A stretch of 64,000 nt of DNA from Psammoneis japonica (Eukaryota), in contig QPGO01000170.1 of assembly GCA_008632985.1 (NCBI GenBank), positions 1-64,000 on the forward strand. The letters are read 5' to 3'. A program made the position numbers and the translations under genes. Positions 13,025 to 25,559 of the stretch are shown here, one piece after another (the first letter of the stretch is position 1; each line of letters begins with the position of its first letter). The notes under the pieces are model-generated. The model did not search any database and had not been told where the DNA came from. It saw only the letters and a list, made by a program, of their open reading frames with translations.

Positions 13025-13738
13025 AGCATTCTCTTCGGCCTCTTTCGATGAATCAGATCAGAAGTTTGATTAAGGATGTAAAGAGGACCAGACGTCTTCT
13101 TTACGGATTCACTGGATCAAGTTACCTGTTTTAGAGGCTTAGCGAGCTAGCGAGACATCGATCTGCATGTGCCGTCTCATTTGTATACTGTGGCAGTGTC
13201 CCTTTAAAGAGAGAGACGTTTAGAAGTTCTAGCTAGGCCATCCAAAATTAGCGCCCCCTTGTCTTTGCTCTTCGATAAATAGAAGCACATAGAAGTGAAG
13301 TGAATGTTGCTTTGTATCCCCCAAGAACCTCCATTTACCCTGTACGGTAGGGCTAGACTACTACCCCGACACTCGAGGACCGAACCTTTGTTTATTCTGA
13401 TTTACGCGATAGTAATAAGGGAGGGGCTAAACCGTGCGCGTTGCGTTGCGTTGCGCAGCGCACTTTGTTGTTGTGGCCGTTTAATTTTGTGGTTCCGTTC
13501 CGAATGCAATGTGCAATGGCAGCAAAGAAAGTTTATGGTCGTTGCCAATATCTGCATCCTTTGCATCAAAGACAGACGAAGACGAAGAAAGATGCTGCTA
13601 GAGTATGCCTCGTGGTTGGAAGTGACTATCGCGGTCGTCTTCACGACCGTGCGTCCTGCACATCATCGCTCCTCACACGTGCCGAAGTAAACGACGGCTG
13701 ACTCCCCTGCGAACTTGAAATATTCCCCACCTCCGTTC

Positions 13739-15337
13739 CTATAGTCGTTCACGACTCAAACGAGCCTCCTTCTGTCGTCTTAAGAGCTTATCTGCTGGGG
13801 ATTCTCCTCCCTTGTGAGATTCCTGATGCTGTTGTCTTACTTGAAGGGTTCCTTCTCGACTATCATCATCCGGTACACTCCTTCTTGTACTGCTCCGTGT
13901 AGGCGATAGCTGATGACCTCCCCGCGAAGAAGAAGTAGCCACCGCCGCTGCTGCTTGTCGTTCACGACGAATTTCCTCCATCAAACGAGCTTCCTGTCTT
14001 TGTCCCCGGTGGACATCTCCCGTCGAGACGTTATTCTCGTAAGAAGCAGTAGTAGCAGCAGGAGGCATGATACGGGTCTTGTATTCCCGAATAACGATTT
14101 GCAGATCAAGATCGAAAAAGAAAGTGAATAAGAGGGACACGATGGAATCATAATTTACCCTTGCACAGCTAATGGTTTTAAAGGGCGGAAAATCGAAAAG
14201 CACGTAATACCAATTGCTCAATTTTACACTCACGTCATTGTTTCTGGTGGGTTCTTGGCTTTCACGACGGAAAAGCTCTCTGAGTTTCCCCAGCTGGTGT
14301 CTACACAACAATTCCTCGCGAGGATCCACCTGCACGTCAAAGCTGTTATTTCCAATAAAAGGATTACCCAGAGCCGAAGCGAGCGCTCGCCGTTGTCGCC
14401 GTCGTGCTTGGTCTTCAACAAGAAGACGCATCTCGGCAGCGTCTGTTAGTGTGGCGACTGCTTCGGCAGCTGCAGTACCTCCTTGCGAAAGGTCTGATGC
14501 AGCAGGAGGTGAAGTAGACAGGGTCGCTCCTCCCAGTAACGCATTTCTCGCCCTTGATGTTGCCACTGATGGCAATATCTCTGTTGGCTCTTGTGAGATA
14601 CTCGATTTGCTGCTTCTAGCTGCTTCAAGAACAAGTTGAAGTTCCGCCAGCTGTCTTCTCGAGGAGATTGTTGGCTGCGGCAGAGTGGAAGTAGCATCAG
14701 CACGAAGCACTACCGGCTGCCGTCTGGCTACTAGAGCAGAAGCACTTGCATTTCGCGTTAAGCCCGGCATGAATGCAGAGTCGGCAAGGACGACACCGGC
14801 AGCTTCAGAAGGACGACCAACAGCCACTCCTTGTTCTATTGCTGCCAACCGTTCTACTAGACAGTCACGGGTCATTTCTAGCTCCGCCTTTTCGCTCTGA
14901 AGCAGCCGGTTTTCAGAAGTGAGCTCCAAATGGGTGTCTTGCAGTTCCGCAATAAGATCTTTCTGTCTTTTTCTTCTTTTTCGCGCTGACTCTCTATTCA
15001 GCGCAAGCCTACGCGATCGTTTGGCATCGGTCGCTTTTGGATCGGCATTATCATGCTGCTGCTGCTCTTCTTGTAGGTTGCTTTCGATTTTCCGTTCTTC
15101 TTCATAATGCTGATGCTCTGCTGGTGGCTTCTGGTCGTCATCACTACCGCTTCCGAAAAGAGTGCTTTCGCAATGACTGTCGATTGGCTCGTCGTAGTAG
15201 TCTGGTTGACTTCGTCCAGAAGCCGTTTCCTGCTCTTGCTCCTTGTCGTCGTCTGCTATCTGACAGCCCTCAGCATCAGCATCTTGCTCCTGCTGGACTT
15301 GACGGTCATTGTTGGAGGGAGGCTCTTCACTCTTCAT
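13739..15337 (-). CDS. bZIP transcription factor
   Basis: Basic region KRSRRLALNRESARKRRKRQK followed by a leucine zipper; an intron-like in-frame segment (GTGAGT donor near 14232) may be spliced. Confidence 0.85.
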   Translation of the reverse strand: MKSEEPPSNNDRQVQQEQDADAEGCQIADDDKEQEQETASGRSQPDYYDEPIDSHCESTLFGSGSDDDQKPPAEHQHYEEERKIESNLQEEQQQHDNADPKATDAKRSRRLALNRESARKRRKRQKDLIAELQDTHLELTSENRLLQSEKAELEMTRDCLVERLAAIEQGVAVGRPSEAAGVVLADSAFMPGLTRNASASALVARRQPVVLRADATSTLPQPTISSRRQLAELQLVLEAARSSKSSISQEPTEILPSVATSRARNALLGGATLSTSPPAASDLSQGGTAAAEAVATLTDAAEMRLLVEDQARRRQRRALASALGNPFIGNNSFDVQVDPREELLCRHQLGKLRELFRRESQEPTRNNDVSVKLSNWYYVLFDFPPFKTISCARVNYDSIVSLLFTFFFDLDLQIVIREYKTRIMPPAATTASYENNVSTGDVHRGQRQEARLMEEIRRERQAAAAVATSSSRGGHQLSPTRSSTRRSVPDDDSREGTLQVRQQHQESHKGGESPADKLLRRQKEARLSRERL

Positions 15338-15699
15338 GCTATATCTGCTGTCTTTGGAAGGCCCAACGCCAATGTCAGTAACTCTCGACTGCCTCGCCCT
15401 CAGTGGACACTACTACTCTCTCTTTAGAGCAAGCAACGACGTCGCAGCGACGACACAAATGAGAACTATACTAACCACTGATTTCAGGAGCCCTGTTGCT
15501 GGACGCGCTACTATGATATGAAGAGGGCGGGGTAGAATGAAATCGGGGCAATAAGGTCCCACCCAAAATGTCATTCTACAGCAGCGGGAGATACTGTACT
15601 GTACGACGTGGCATATCGTGAATTGCCTGAATGGGACAAATTCACTTGTCCCATTGGATTATCAGATCCTGCTTTTGGTCATCGCGATTTCGAGGTTAT

Positions 15700-17550
15700 T
15701 TCCCAGAGAAAGATCGAGGTGCAGAGCAACATGCAGATGGTGGAAGTGCAAGGCGCTGGTTCTGCAAAACTGCCAAACTGCAACATGACAAACTCACAGC
15801 TCCCACTTTCCCTTCTGAATCTAGAATGTGTGTGTCCTCGAGTCTCAGAGAATCAACCAGATTTGGCGGTGCAGCCCTCCTGCTCATCCAAAGTGCGCGG
15901 CAGCAGAGAGGGCCCAGGCGCAAGCGGAGCTGGCCACAGGCCTGCTCTTGGCTTTTTGGCAAACCACAAACTCATTGCCAACAAGAAAGCTTGGAAGTTC
16001 CTGAGTCTGAATCTGATGCAACAATTTTGTGAAGGTGCGCTGCAAAAAAGAGGCGGTGGCAAGGAGAGGTCAAACCCCGCTGCGCTCAAGCTGTGCGCTG
16101 TGTGGCTTGCCATCAGCAGGCTCCAGAGGAAGTTTGTGCTTGCCACACTGGCACTCACACTTTTGCAGCAAAGCTGGGCTGGCTGCTCAAATCCAAAGAT
16201 CCGCTCAAGCTTTGCAACTTTCTGCCCGCAGCCATCTCTTTGAAGCGCACCTGCGCGGCAGCTGCTTGGGCTGCGGCCAAGTCTTGTGTGCCCCTTTTGG
16301 TGGCCAGAGAGAGGGTGTGTGCTGCAGCACTGGGCTTGGCACATGGACTTCTTTTGACCACCAGACATTTGTTGACAACAGCAGTTGGTTTTTGCAACTT
16401 GACTGCTTTTGTCTGAAGGTGGCCGTGGCTGGGTTGTCATGCTGAGTTTCCAGGTGATGCCATTGTGCACACTCTGTTTGGCCACAGCATCTTTGGTGTG
16501 GCTCAAGATGAGCCTGTCTTTGCACTCTCAAACAACCCAATTTGATGCATGCACAGCTTGGTTGCTCGCGCAGGAGCAAGCTGCTGCTCTGGCCCACTTT
16601 CCCCTGCACTCCAAAGATGTGTGTCTGTCTCGTGCTTGGCGCTTGGCTCTGCCAGCCAAGTGGCCCCAAACCTTGCACTTTGGGCAGAGCAGAGAGCAGA
16701 GCAAGAGAAAGAGTGAGAGGCAGGAGAGTCTCTGAAGCTGCTCGCCATTGTCGGCACTTGGCTTTTCTTGGCTCCTCAAAAGAGCGGCCAAAAACAAGAG
16801 AGACAGAGCTGACTGGCCTTTGTCTTGTGGCAAATCTCAGTGCACTCTGCACAATGTGAGCACAGAGGTGCGCAAAAGGTGGCAAGTCTCTCTGCACAGT
16901 GCCTTTGGCTTCTCCCAAGGACAGCAGATGTTGCCGCTTTCTTTCTGTTGGCAAGTCATGATGCCCCAAAGTTGTTTTGAGAGGAGATGGCTTTTTTGCC
17001 AGCGCTGTGGCAGAGATTGGGCCCGCTCTCTCCCCCAAACCCAACGCTGGATGGCAGGGTCTCTGGCACCATCCACGATGTGCAGGGGCAGCACAACAAC
17101 CAACTGGAGGTCAAGCTCAAGAGAGGCTGGGGTGCTGGGCAGCAGGAGAGGGCAGCCCTGGCTCTGCTGCTGGAAGAAGGCTCTGAGGCTGGTGGCGCCA
17201 AAGGCCTTGTTCTTCTTGAGGGCTCTTTTGGAGGCAATGGGGGTGTGCCGTTGCTGAGATGGAGAGCGGGCAAAGCTGGCGCCAGCCACTCTGGATCATG
17301 AGCCCGCCGCTGAAATTGTGCTTGACAGGCTCAGCTGGTGTGTTGTGCTGGTGGTTTTGGCAAAGTTTTTTCCCTTGCTCCTGCTCCTGTTTGAACTCAA
17401 GCGCACCCCCCACAGCCACTTCATGCACTGGTGGGTGCAGAGGAAGAGCAAAAACAATGATTCAGATTCAGAGAAGAGAGAAAAGAGTGAGCAGCAGCAG
17501 CCACCGCATGCGGTTGTGGGCCCACTGCCCCCCCCCCCCCGGGCACACTC
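15700..17550. other. TpA-free intergenic island (degenerate insertion)
   Basis: By eye no TA between 15824 and 17552; long overlapping Tyr-free ORFs; ends near a poly-C run at 17528-17540. Confidence 0.85.
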
Positions 17551-17764
17551 CGTACGATTACAGACAGTTCCAGTAGAGCCTACGCAGGTTCGTACGATGG
17601 TGATTCGTGGGGGCCGTCGGGGCGTGGTGGTGGGGGCTTTTCTGATGACTTCGCCCAGTTTTATTTCCAGGAGTATCCACCACAAACATCACAGAGGGGT
17701 AACAGGTTGCTGCCTTTTGTTTATTGATTGACTTGTGATCCATCACAACGTATTCGTAATTACA

Positions 17765-20700
17765 ATGGTGTCTGCTTCTAGTGAAAAAGAAGAAGAGGGA
17801 TACCGTTGCTTTTGTGGAGCGAATTGTACATGCGGAGAAAATTGTCGGTGTACCGAAGAAATTTGTCACTGTGAGGCCCTTTCCGTGCTGAAGAGTTTGG
17901 GATGCTCGGATCCAACCGCTACCAAAATAAGTTCTGCGACTCTGCGGAAAGAACAAGAAGTACTACAATCATGTTGTGATTCTCCCTTGTTTCAAACTCC
18001 AGAATCATCAACACAAACGGATGGTATGATGGAGTCGTTATTGTCCGCACAGCAGCCGACGACGAGTAGTCAATCGGCAGTAGTGGAATTAGTCGTTCGG
18101 GGCATGACGTGCTCCATGTGTACACGAGCCATTCAAACTACATTGCAAGACATGGATGGTGTGACGGGTGTGAGCGTCAGCTTAGCAACCGACTTGGCAA
18201 CCATTGAGTATTCTCCCGAAAAACAATCCGTCGAAACACTCGTGGAATCCGTTCAAGCCATTGGTTACACGGTGGAGGATGTGATTGAACAACAAGACGA
18301 AAACAACAACAATAACAATTCTGGATTACAACAACTCACGTCGGGACAAGATCAACATGTAGCGGATAAGAAGCGTGCCTTTTTGACGAGTTTGATTGGA
18401 ACGATTCCAATCATGATTATCACCATGGTATTGCCTCATGTCCGTGGACTCGAACCGATTCGTCACTGGCTCGAAACGACGGTACTGCTGTTCGGCGACA
18501 ACAACAAGATTCATGTCAGTCGTGAAGCACTAATCTTGTGGGTATTGGCAACACCCGTTCAGTTTGTATCGGGGTGGTCCTTTTATCGTGGTGCGTGGTA
18601 CAGCATCATGGTGACGGGTGTCTTGGGAATGGATGTGTTGATTGTCATGGGAACCACCGCAAGTTACATTTATGCCTTGTATGGAAGTTTCTTTGCTTCG
18701 ACTCATAACGACGGGGCACACTTTTTTGAAACGTCAGCCGTGCTTATCAGTTTTGTGCTTTTAGGCAAATGGATGAATGCCTTGGCGGTGCGTCGTACCA
18801 GTGATGCACTGACGCAACTCATGCAGCTGCAAGCCAAGGTGGCGTTGCGTGTGTCTCCACAAGACGAATCGTTGCTTTCTTCTTCTAGTAGTGACCACTT
18901 TGATCCTACGACAATGGCTTACAAGGAACAAGAGGTTCCAATCGAACATGTATTACCCGGTGATTTGCTCAAAATCAAACGAGGCACATCGATTCCCGCC
19001 GATGGCGTCGTGACGCATGGAGAAATGTCGGTGGACCAATCCATGATTACGGGAGAATCCGTACCCGTTTTAAAAACGGTTGGATCCATTGTGCTGGGTG
19101 GGACTGTCTGTGTCGAATGTGAGGTTGCCTTTTGTCGAGTGACGGGTGTTGGGTCGTCGACGGCTCTGTCTCAAATTGTACGGTTGGTTCAAGAAGCACA
19201 AACAAGACAAGCTCCGATTCAGAATTTTGCCGATACCATTTCATCCGTCTTTGTACCCACGGTAGCAACGCTGTCGGTCCTTACCTTTTTGGTTTGGTAC
19301 GCACTCTGCAATACCGGCGTGGTGCCATCCGGTTGGTATGAAGAAATGGGGGAAAGCGACGCCACCTTTTCCCTCATGTTTGGCATTGCGTGTCTTGTTA
19401 TTAGCTGCCCGTGTGCACTGGGATTGGCAACACCGACGGCCGTCATGGTTGGAACCGGTGTTGGCGCCAAACGAGGTATTTTGGTCAAGGGTGGCGATTG
19501 TTTGGAAAAGGCGAGTGCTATTGATTCGGTTGTCTTTGACAAGACGGGCACGCTGACGAGGGGAACTCCGACCATTACGGATTATTTACGTCTGTCTTTG
19601 CAAAGCCGAGGCAGCAGTACTGCTCTCAAAACTGGCGCCAACTGCTGTTCAAAAGAACCGTCATCCGAAAACAAAGACAGCTGTTGCAGCGGCGGCAGCA
19701 CCAAAGAGTCGTCTGCTTCGTGTAGCGCCAGTGAGTCTGATGTGAAGAAAGGGGACGACGAGTCGTTTGTTTCTTGTTGCGCAAGCTTGTCTGAAGTGAA
19801 GAATGTCTCCGGTGAGACGTCGCCGTGTTGCGCAAGCAAGAGAGATGTGGAGAAGAGGTCCGGCAAGTCGTCGACATCGTGTTGCGCAAACAAGTCTGAT
19901 TTGAAGAAGGGATCCGGTACTTCCGCCCTCTTATAAATGGGACCGATTGTGCGACTGACATTATGCAGGATCAAAACTATGTTTTGTGGCTCTTGGGCTC
20001 CTTGGAACGAAATTCAGAACATCCATTGGCAAAGGCTGTCGTAGCCTACGCAGAGTCTCAAATCGACTCGTCGTACTTGGAAGCTCACCCATTTGTCCAA
20101 CCATCTAATTTTCGCGCTCTTACCGGACGTGGTGCGTCTGGTATTATCAATGACACTGTAAAGGTAGCCGTGGGTAATCGTACATTCATGTCTGCCATGA
20201 ATCTGTCCGTATCCCCTCAAGCGCAGGAACAAATGATTGCATTGGAAGAGGATGGAAAGACAGCCATTCTAGCTGCTTTTAACGACGAGGTGCGGATAGT
20301 AATGGGCGTTGCGGACGAGCTTAAATCAGATGCAGCATCGGCCATCTTGTATCTGCAGAAAAAAATGAACATTGACGTGTGGATGGTCACGGGGGACAAT
20401 TCTCGTACCGCACGTGCCATATCCAAGCGTTTAGGTCTAGCTCAGAACCGGGTCATCTCGGAAGCACTGCCAGCATCCAAGGTCCGCCACGTACGCCAAC
20501 TCCAAGGAGAGGGACGGATTGTTGCAATGGTTGGGGATGGAATCAATGACTCGCCTGCACTGGCGCAAGCAGACGTTGGAATGAGCCTTGGTACGGGTGC
20601 AGAAATTGCGGCGGAAGCATCCGACATGGTTTTGGTGAGGGGAGACGTGGCGGACGTTTGCACGGCACTCGATTTGTCGCGAGTTATTTTTCGTCGGATT

Positions 20701-21141
20701 CAATTGAACTTTGTGTTCTCTCTCGTGTACAATTGCCTTGGCATTCCCGTTGCGGCCGGCGTTCTGTTCCCCTTGATCCACACACGCCTGCCCCCTGCCG
20801 TGGGCGCAATAGCCATGGCGTTAAGCTCTTTGTCTGTTGTGAGCAGCAGTCTTGCACTCCGCCTGTACAAACCGCCTGCTATCGATGACTCTTTGGAAAG
20901 TGACCTACGTCGACCAAGCTTCTGCAACTCCATACGGAAATCGCTACGAGAATGCCTTTCATACACGAGAATGTCGAACCGACATTCTTCAAGGGAACGA
21001 TCTGCTTCTGACACTGACGAAATTGGGGATTTGACGCAAAGATTACTGGACAATGACCACACAGTTTTACCTCATGGAAGTGACTTTGTAGACTTGGACG
21101 AGACTTCAGATCAGATGGAAAAGGGTGAAAGAGGAATCTGA
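17765..21141 (+). CDS. Copper-transporting P1B-type ATPase (ATP7/RAN1/Ccc2-like)
   Basis: GMTCSMC metal-binding domain, TGES, CPC, DKTGT, SEHPL, GDGINDSPAL, YN and MALSS transmembrane motifs; reading-frame break near 19930 (indel or unresolved intron). Confidence 0.93.
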
Positions 21142-22009
21142 CGTGACGCTGCTTATCCTGTTTCCGATGTTTTTTCTGTATCTTCAACTGTCACGTGCAA
21201 GAAATATTAGTTTGCTAAACATGGACTACAATCTAACCACAGCACATGTTGTAATATTACACCTATGAAAAATGGTCAGAGAATACGAATATTTGATGCG
21301 ACGATTGGAATTGCTGAATGAAAATCGAGACAGACATGCTCCGTGGTATTTAGCTTTCTCCGTCGTCATCTCTTCAGATCCGTGAAGATTAGATTGTGGA
21401 ACGTTACCTACGTAGAAATAATTTTGATCAGCTAAGGCAAATATAAGTTGCTTTTACAAGTACGCATCACAGAGATACAAAAGTGTGAGAGAGGTCAAAA
21501 GTTCAAACCGTGAGTTTTCTCGTTGGTTTTGAAACTCTGCAGTTATCTTTGACCACCGACGAGATGGATGCGAGAGACGCACTTTTTGGTACCGCCTTCT
21601 TTTCCTTCTTCACATTGTTTCTTTCCCTCTATCTTTGGGTGACAAGGAACAGCGCGAAGAACGTGACGATGCGACATGATGACAACAAGGTGCGACGGAG
21701 CGGGGGAAGCCAAAAAGTGAGCACGGGCTTACGTATCTCGAATGTGTCGTAATGACGCTTTCTGTCCGGTATTTTTAATGAGGTCATTTCTAACAACATG
21801 TCTCATCATGCGTTTTTATGCGCACATGATTGTTCTTTTATTTACCTCTCATTTTTTGGTCGTCGCCCTTTTCTCGACGTGGTCTGTCGCTGAGCCCATG
21901 ATCCATCTTTGTGTCAACCATGTAACGTAAAACTTACTCTACTCACAATCATTCGACAGTGAGAACAAAGAAGTCGATCGGCCATAGTTGGAAAAACTTT
22001 AGAAAGACA

Positions 22010-23094
22010 ATGATGACGAGAGCCTTTCTCTCGTGGCTACCGTAGTTGCCGTTCACCTCTTTGCATCCGCGGCCTTCGCCAACGACTCGGTATGTATTGT
22101 TGGGACTGGAACAATTGGAAGCTCCTTCGCCGCAGTCTTTTTAGCCCAAGGAAAGAATGTGGTTTGTTCAGACCAATGGGTCGCGGCCGAAACTGTAAAA
22201 AAAAGAATTGTCGACGTCTGGCCTACCCTGTTGATTCGAGGTTTGGCAAAGACTCGTCAACCAGATTTGGCCCGGCTCCACTTTGAGCCAGACTTGAGTA
22301 AAGCCGTCGAACAAGTTGGTTTTGTCCAGGAATGCGTCTTTGAGGACATTGACGTCAAGCAACAAGTGCTCAAGAAACTCGATCAACTCGTAAACCCATC
22401 CACAATAATAGCCAGCAGTACCTCCTACATTCCACTGGATTTGCTAACGGCCAAATGCAAAAAGAACAAAGACCGAATTTTGATTGCCCATCCGTCCATT
22501 CCGCATTGGGGATCATTCATGGAGCTCTGTGGTTCCAACGAGGCAAACGTGTCTGCAGCAAAGCAATGGTACACAAAGGCTGGCTTTGATTGCATCGTCA
22601 TGAACAAGACAATACCAGGACATGTTTGGAACTCCTTCTTGACGCTCAACTTGAGACACGGTGAAAAGCTCATCAAATCTGGCGTCTGCAGTGCTCAAGA
22701 CGTGAATACAGTTTTACGTCACTTGGGACGAGAATTCTACGCTCGTAGTTTGTTTCTGACGCTACTCATTGCTATCGGTGGAGACCGAGGTTTGGAAGGA
22801 GGCCTGGAGCTACGTGACCGGGTAGCAAACGACGCCATTGCCATTGTCGTGAGCTCTGCGTTTCGATGGCTTCCAGGCTCCAAGTTGGTGGGTAAAGCAT
22901 TTTCCAAGGTTCTCAAGGGCTTGATTGTACCAGCGCCTTGTCCAGAATGGGTGAATGCGTGCCGTCAAGTCGAGAAGCAAATTACCAAGAATGGATTGTT
23001 GAGTGTTCAGCGCGGCATGTTTGAATCAATCAAAGACATGTACCGACTACTTCCATTAGAAGTAGGGAATGATCCTTTGTCGCTTTCGAATTGA
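22010..23094 (+). CDS. 3-hydroxyacyl-CoA dehydrogenase family protein (lambda-crystallin/carnitine dehydrogenase-like)
   Basis: Rossmann motif IVGTGTIG, FVQECVFEDIDVKQ, IIASSTS, IAHP; ATG at 22010 is out of frame with the 22033 ORF, repairable by adding one base. Confidence 0.85.
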
Positions 23095-23703
23095 TTGTTC
23101 CATTCTGTGGTCTCTGCCTTTGTCGCTACTCTCATCTATTCTCTTCCTCCGTGGACTTTGACGAAAGAGCTACGTTCGTCAATAAAAAAAGATTGACAGT
23201 ACGATTGCGATTCATTCAAGACTTTCACTACGGGGAATCGTAGTTAATAGACGTTCACTGTAGAACTACATTTCTTCAAGAAATCTAATTACGAGGTATG
23301 AAACACAATCCCGCTGTTGTGGCTGCAATACGCAAAGCTTGCGGACAAAGGTCTGTTTCGTTCGCATGAACCGCCGCGGATCTGGAGCAAGAAAACACTC
23401 TCGAGAGTATTCATTGGATCTTTCAACAAGATACACTCACAAGTGGCTCCGCTCTCCTTGTTGGACTCGCCGTGAGCAACATCTGAAGCACTTGGCAACC
23501 CTGCCAATCCAAATTGATGAAGACGAGTTTGTTCGTATTGGAAGTGGGAGATTATTCGCCTCCCTTTGTTGCTATCTCTGACGGAGAGCTCTTGTTTCGA
23601 TACTGAAGCGGAGACGGTGACTTGCGGGGACAGACTGGTACTCTTTTTAATGAATTGTGTTGGCTAATGTAATTATTATCAAAATTTTAAATCGGCAAAC
23701 GAG

Positions 23704-25299
23704 CTACGTCCCAAAACCAGGGTTGGGAGCAGTAATTGGACGCCGTGTTGGATTGTTTGTTGGCCTACCAATGACTGTGATCGGAAGTGTCGGACGCGGT
23801 GTTGGATTTTTTGTTAGCCTACCAATGCCCGTGATCGGTGTCGGTTTGTTTGTGGTGGTCGGAGCTCTCGACAAAGACGCTGGATTTGGCGTAGGGGGGA
23901 GTGTCGGAAATCTTGTAAAAAGCAATTGATTTCTAGTGGGTCGCGGCGTGGGAGTTCTTGTCTGGGGTGGAGTAGGGTTTTCAGTTGGACGCAGCGTCGG
24001 AGTTCTTGTCCGAGGCGGAGTAGGGTTTTCGGTGGGACGCGGCGTAGGAGTTCTTGTCGGAGGAGGCGTAGGGTTTGCCGTGGGTGGTGGAGAAGGCACT
24101 CGTGTTGGGATCCGTGTTGGCAATTTCGTAATAGTAGGGAGAGGCGTATACGGATTACTCCCGGGAGTGTTTGTAGAGACGGTGGGACTTCTTGTTGGTG
24201 ACCCTGTTGGAAATCTTGTCGTTGGAGGCGGGGTTGGATCTTTTAATGTTGGAGTGCTTGTCGAGAAAGGCGACGAAGGATTTGCAGTTGGTGGTGACCC
24301 TGCCATGGACGAACTTGTTGGAGACGGCGTCAACGACATAGGGTTCCCCACAGAAGAGGTTGTTGGAGCTCCTGTCATCAGAGGTGTTGTAGTAGGGTAT
24401 GTGGTCTCGCCCACATAGGTGGGCTGTGGTGTATCGGGGATGCTGCTGACGTTGTTTTTGTTGCTGTTGTTTTTGTTGTCACCACGGTTGGAAGACGACA
24501 ATGGGACTGCAACAGCAGCAACAACCAACAAGAGCACAACTACTCCGAAAACCATGAAGCGACGGCGCTTCTTTGCTCCATCGATCTCTTTAGACACACC
24601 ATCATCACTGGCGTTATCGTCAGCATAGTTGCTGTCGGGTGCAGCCACAACTTGAGCAACTTGAGCATGGGCTAGAGGTGCATCAGGAGACTCTTTGTGC
24701 CGACGAAGCTCTTCACGGAGACGATCGTTTTCTTCCTTTAAATCACCAACATTGTCAATTGGCTGGGCGACTTGAGCAACAAGAGGCGTATCCGTCTGAT
24801 TGCGCCGACGAATCTCTTCTCGAAGACGTGCGTTTTCTTCCCTCAAGTCTCCAACATCTTCAGCTGGCTGGGCGAGTTCAGCTTCCACAAGAGGAGTGTC
24901 ATCATGGCGAGCAGGTGGTGGCATTTCAGGATCCGGGTAAACAGACTCCAATTCAGAAACGACGGTATTATCATCGCCGCCTCGGCGTCGAATCGCCCCT
25001 TGATGGTTGACAGCAAAAGCCCCGGCGACGACTTGTGCATCGACCAGATCAGCTGCTTCAACGTTTTCTTCTTCGTCAACATAATGACAAACACTTGAAT
25101 TCTTTGTCGTTTCAGCTGATGGTGTACGAGTTGAACTTACTTGCTTGGTCTCGGACAGTTTTGCTTCGGCGTTGTTTTCTTCTTCTGCTCCTGGATTCCT
25201 TCTGTGACCACGCCTGTCGCCTTGCTTCTTCTTCGGAATGGCTGACAAACTGGTTGAACCCTTCATCATGGTTCCATTTTTTCCTTTGCGACTAAACAT
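23704..25299 (-). CDS. Single-pass membrane protein with Pro/Thr-rich tandem repeats
   Basis: GAFAV motif, repeated DTPLV..AQP...DLxEENxRLREE, TM helix after KKRRR, 14-aa TPTPRPTENPTPP repeats; 3' end may continue beyond the stop. Confidence 0.8.
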   Translation of the reverse strand: MFSRKGKNGTMMKGSTSLSAIPKKKQGDRRGHRRNPGAEEENNAEAKLSETKQVSSTRTPSAETTKNSSVCHYVDEEENVEAADLVDAQVVAGAFAVNHQGAIRRRGGDDNTVVSELESVYPDPEMPPPARHDDTPLVEAELAQPAEDVGDLREENARLREEIRRRNQTDTPLVAQVAQPIDNVGDLKEENDRLREELRRHKESPDAPLAHAQVAQVVAAPDSNYADDNASDDGVSKEIDGAKKRRRFMVFGVVVLLLVVAAVAVPLSSSNRGDNKNNSNKNNVSSIPDTPQPTYVGETTYPTTTPLMTGAPTTSSVGNPMSLTPSPTSSSMAGSPPTANPSSPFSTSTPTLKDPTPPPTTRFPTGSPTRSPTVSTNTPGSNPYTPLPTITKLPTRIPTRVPSPPPTANPTPPPTRTPTPRPTENPTPPRTRTPTLRPTENPTPPQTRTPTPRPTRNQLLFTRFPTLPPTPNPASLSRAPTTTNKPTPITGIGRLTKNPTPRPTLPITVIGRPTNNPTRRPITAPNPGFGT

Positions 25300-25559
25300 G
25301 ACGAACGGTGTAAGTAGGGACGACTAGTAGATGCAGCCGATAGTTTCTTTTAATGTTGGATGTGTGATCCATACCGTACCGCGGATGAGTGATGAATGAG
25401 CGTGTTTCTGCAAAATTTCTCATCCGCCTTGTGCCAGTCGTGGTACCGGACAAAAGAAATTAAGGCGTGTAGCATTTTATATTTAAAATAGATATTAAAC
25501 ACTATTTGCTAAATGCCGATCAACGGAAATATTCTCATAACGGTTGGTTTGATCGCGGG

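Noticed and set aside
15608..17428. Long overlapping ORFs (up to 279 aa) in the TA-free island and similar ORFs in other depleted blocks
   Set aside because: Explained by loss of TAA/TAG; Tyr-free, present in all frames, no recognisable motifs.
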